NCBI RefSeq assembly: GCF_006345805.1
Contig: NC_042998.1
Coordinates: 41,788,001-41,852,000 of the forward strand
Direction: 5' to 3'
From: Octopus sinensis
Lineage: Eukaryota
DNA length: 64,000 nt
Made by a program: the position numbers and the translations under genes. How positions within the stretch are numbered: position 1 is the first letter of the stretch; every line of letters starts with the position of its first letter. This document shows positions 62,627-64,000 of the stretch, one piece after another. The notes under the pieces are model-generated. The model saw only the letters and a list, made by a program, of their open reading frames with translations, was not told the origin of the DNA and did no database searches.

Positions 62627-64000
62627 CTAGTCTTGCCGGGTCTTCTCAGGCACAGCATACTTCCATAGGTCTCGGTCTCTAGTCATTTCCTTGGTGAGAC
62701 CTAAAGTTCGTAGGTCGTGCTTCACCACTTCGTCCCAGGTTTTCCTGGGTCTACCTTTTCCACAGGTTCCCTCAACTGCTAGGGTGTAGCACTTTTGCAC
62801 ACAACTATCTTCAGCCATTCTCGTCATATGACCATACCAGCGCAGCCGTCTCTCTTGCACACCACAACTGACGCTTCTGAGGTTCAACTTTTCTCTCAAG
62901 GTACTTACACTCTGACGATTATGAACACTGACATTACACATCCATCGGAGCATACTGGCTTCATTTCTTGTGAGCTTACGCATATCCTCAGCAGTCACGG
63001 CCCATGTTTCACTACCATGTAGCATGGCTGTACGTACACATGCATCATAAAGTCTGCCTTTTACTCTGAGCGAGAGGCCTTTTGTCACCAGCAGGGGTAA
63101 GAGCTCTCTAAACTTTGCCCAGGCTATTCTTACTCTAGCAGTTACACTTTCAGCACACCCACCCCCGCTACTGACTTGGTCTCCTAGGTAGCGGAAGCTA
63201 TCAACTACTTCTAGTTTGTCTCCCTGGAACGTGGTAGCAGTTGGTCTCTGCATATTTCCAGTGTTTATTTCTCCTGAGCATCTGCCACATACGAAAACTA
63301 TCTTCCCAGTTAGCCTACCTTTGACATTGCTGCACCTCTTATGTGTCCATAGCTTACACTTGGTGCACCTTATAGAGTTTCTACCTACACCTTTTTTACA
63401 GATCGAGCAGGGCCATCTACCTGAAGTCGTTTGTGGTTGGTCCACCTTCCTACTTATTAGGACTTTGGTTTTGGCTAGGTTGATTCTAAGGCCCTTCGAT
63501 TCTAATCCTTGTTTCCACACCTGAAACTTCTCCTCCAGTTCTGATAGTGACTCAGCAATTAGAGCAAGGTCATCAGCATAGAGGAGCTCCCAGGGGCATC
63601 CTGTCTTAAATTCTTCCGTTATTGCCTGGAGGACTATGATAAATAGGAGGGGGCTGAGGACTGAACCTTGGTGGACCCCAACCTCTACCCGGAATTCTTC
63701 ACTGTACTCGTTGCCAACCCTCACCTTACTAGCAGCGTCTCTGTACATGGCTCGCACAGCTCTCACTAACCATTCATCTATCCCTAGTTTCCTCATTGAC
63801 CACCAGATAAGGGATCGGGGGACCCTGTCAAAGGCTTTCTCCAAGTCAACAAAAGCCAGGTACAAGGGCTTACCTTTGGCTAGGTATTTCTCCTGCAGCT
63901 GTCTTACCAGGAATATAGCATCAGTGGTACTTTTCCCTGGCACGAACCCAAACTGCATATCATCTAAGCTAACTCTCTCTCTAATTAACTGGGCTATAAC
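62627..64000 (-). CDS. RTE ORF2 reverse transcriptase (partial, open to the window edge) with a PHD-type zinc finger
   Basis: QFGFVPGKSTTDAIF, AFVDLEKAFD, GVHQGSVLSPLLF, LYADD, FRYLG and RRLRWYGH, with no stops. C4HC3 cluster at 63278-63409. Confidence 0.93.
   Translation of the reverse strand, partial: VIAQLIRERVSLDDMQFGFVPGKSTTDAIFLVRQLQEKYLAKGKPLYLAFVDLEKAFDRVPRSLIWWSMRKLGIDEWLVRAVRAMYRDAASKVRVGNEYSEEFRVEVGVHQGSVLSPLLFIIVLQAITEEFKTGCPWELLYADDLALIAESLSELEEKFQVWKQGLESKGLRINLAKTKVLISRKVDQPQTTSGRWPCSICKKGVGRNSIRCTKCKLWTHKRCSNVKGRLTGKIVFVCGRCSGEINTGNMQRPTATTFQGDKLEVVDSFRYLGDQVSSGGGCAESVTARVRIAWAKFRELLPLLVTKGLSLRVKGRLYDACVRTAMLHGSETWAVTAEDMRKLTRNEASMLRWMCNVSVHNRQSVSTLREKLNLRSVSCGVQERRLRWYGHMTRMAEDSCVQKCYTLAVEGTCGKGRPRKTWDEVVKHDLRTLGLTKEMTRDRDLWKYAVPEKTRQD

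Larger units (their letters stand above)
61901..64000 (-). mobile_element. Young RTE-clade LINE (3' part; continues beyond the window) with (GAT)n tail
   Basis: Uninterrupted ORF, about 700-bp 3' UTR and (CAT)n on the + strand at 61901-61924. Confidence 0.95.

Overview
Eukaryotic, AT-rich, microsatellite-dense animal DNA. The repeat make-up is consistent with a mollusc, probably an octopus (inference, not shown). It is not prokaryotic: no operons, rRNA, true tRNA or CRISPR. The one host gene I recognise is a voltage-gated Ca2+ channel beta subunit (CACNB) on the + strand. Its 84-bp coding exon at 39610-39693 encodes GKGSKRKGGKFKRSDGSFSDSSNSFIRQ, a probable first coding exon lies at 32273-32332, and both sit in a CpG-retaining domain of about 31.3-41 kb. 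The rest is transposon-derived: a full-length but decayed R4/Dong RLE-LINE with a 15-bp TSD in a (TAA)n tract (5577-9543); several RTE-clade LINEs, including an intact young copy running off the right end whose RT carries an inserted PHD-type zinc finger; internally deleted mariners; piggyBac, hAT and mariner MITEs; Helitron-like elements; and three tRNA-derived SINE families. Best leads: two Penelope-type hammerhead ribozymes (398-440 with a compensatory U3-A8 core; 49621-49760 with a long stem II inside a perfect 78-bp inverted repeat); a pri-miRNA-shaped hairpin (34444-34529) and a perfect 25-bp-arm hairpin (37526-37616) in the CACNB intron; a 185-bp near-perfect inverted duplication 5.1 kb apart; a five-fold tandem amplification of an RTE 3' UTR; and a well-spliced non-coding antisense exon (54015-54124). 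All calls were made by eye with no database searches.
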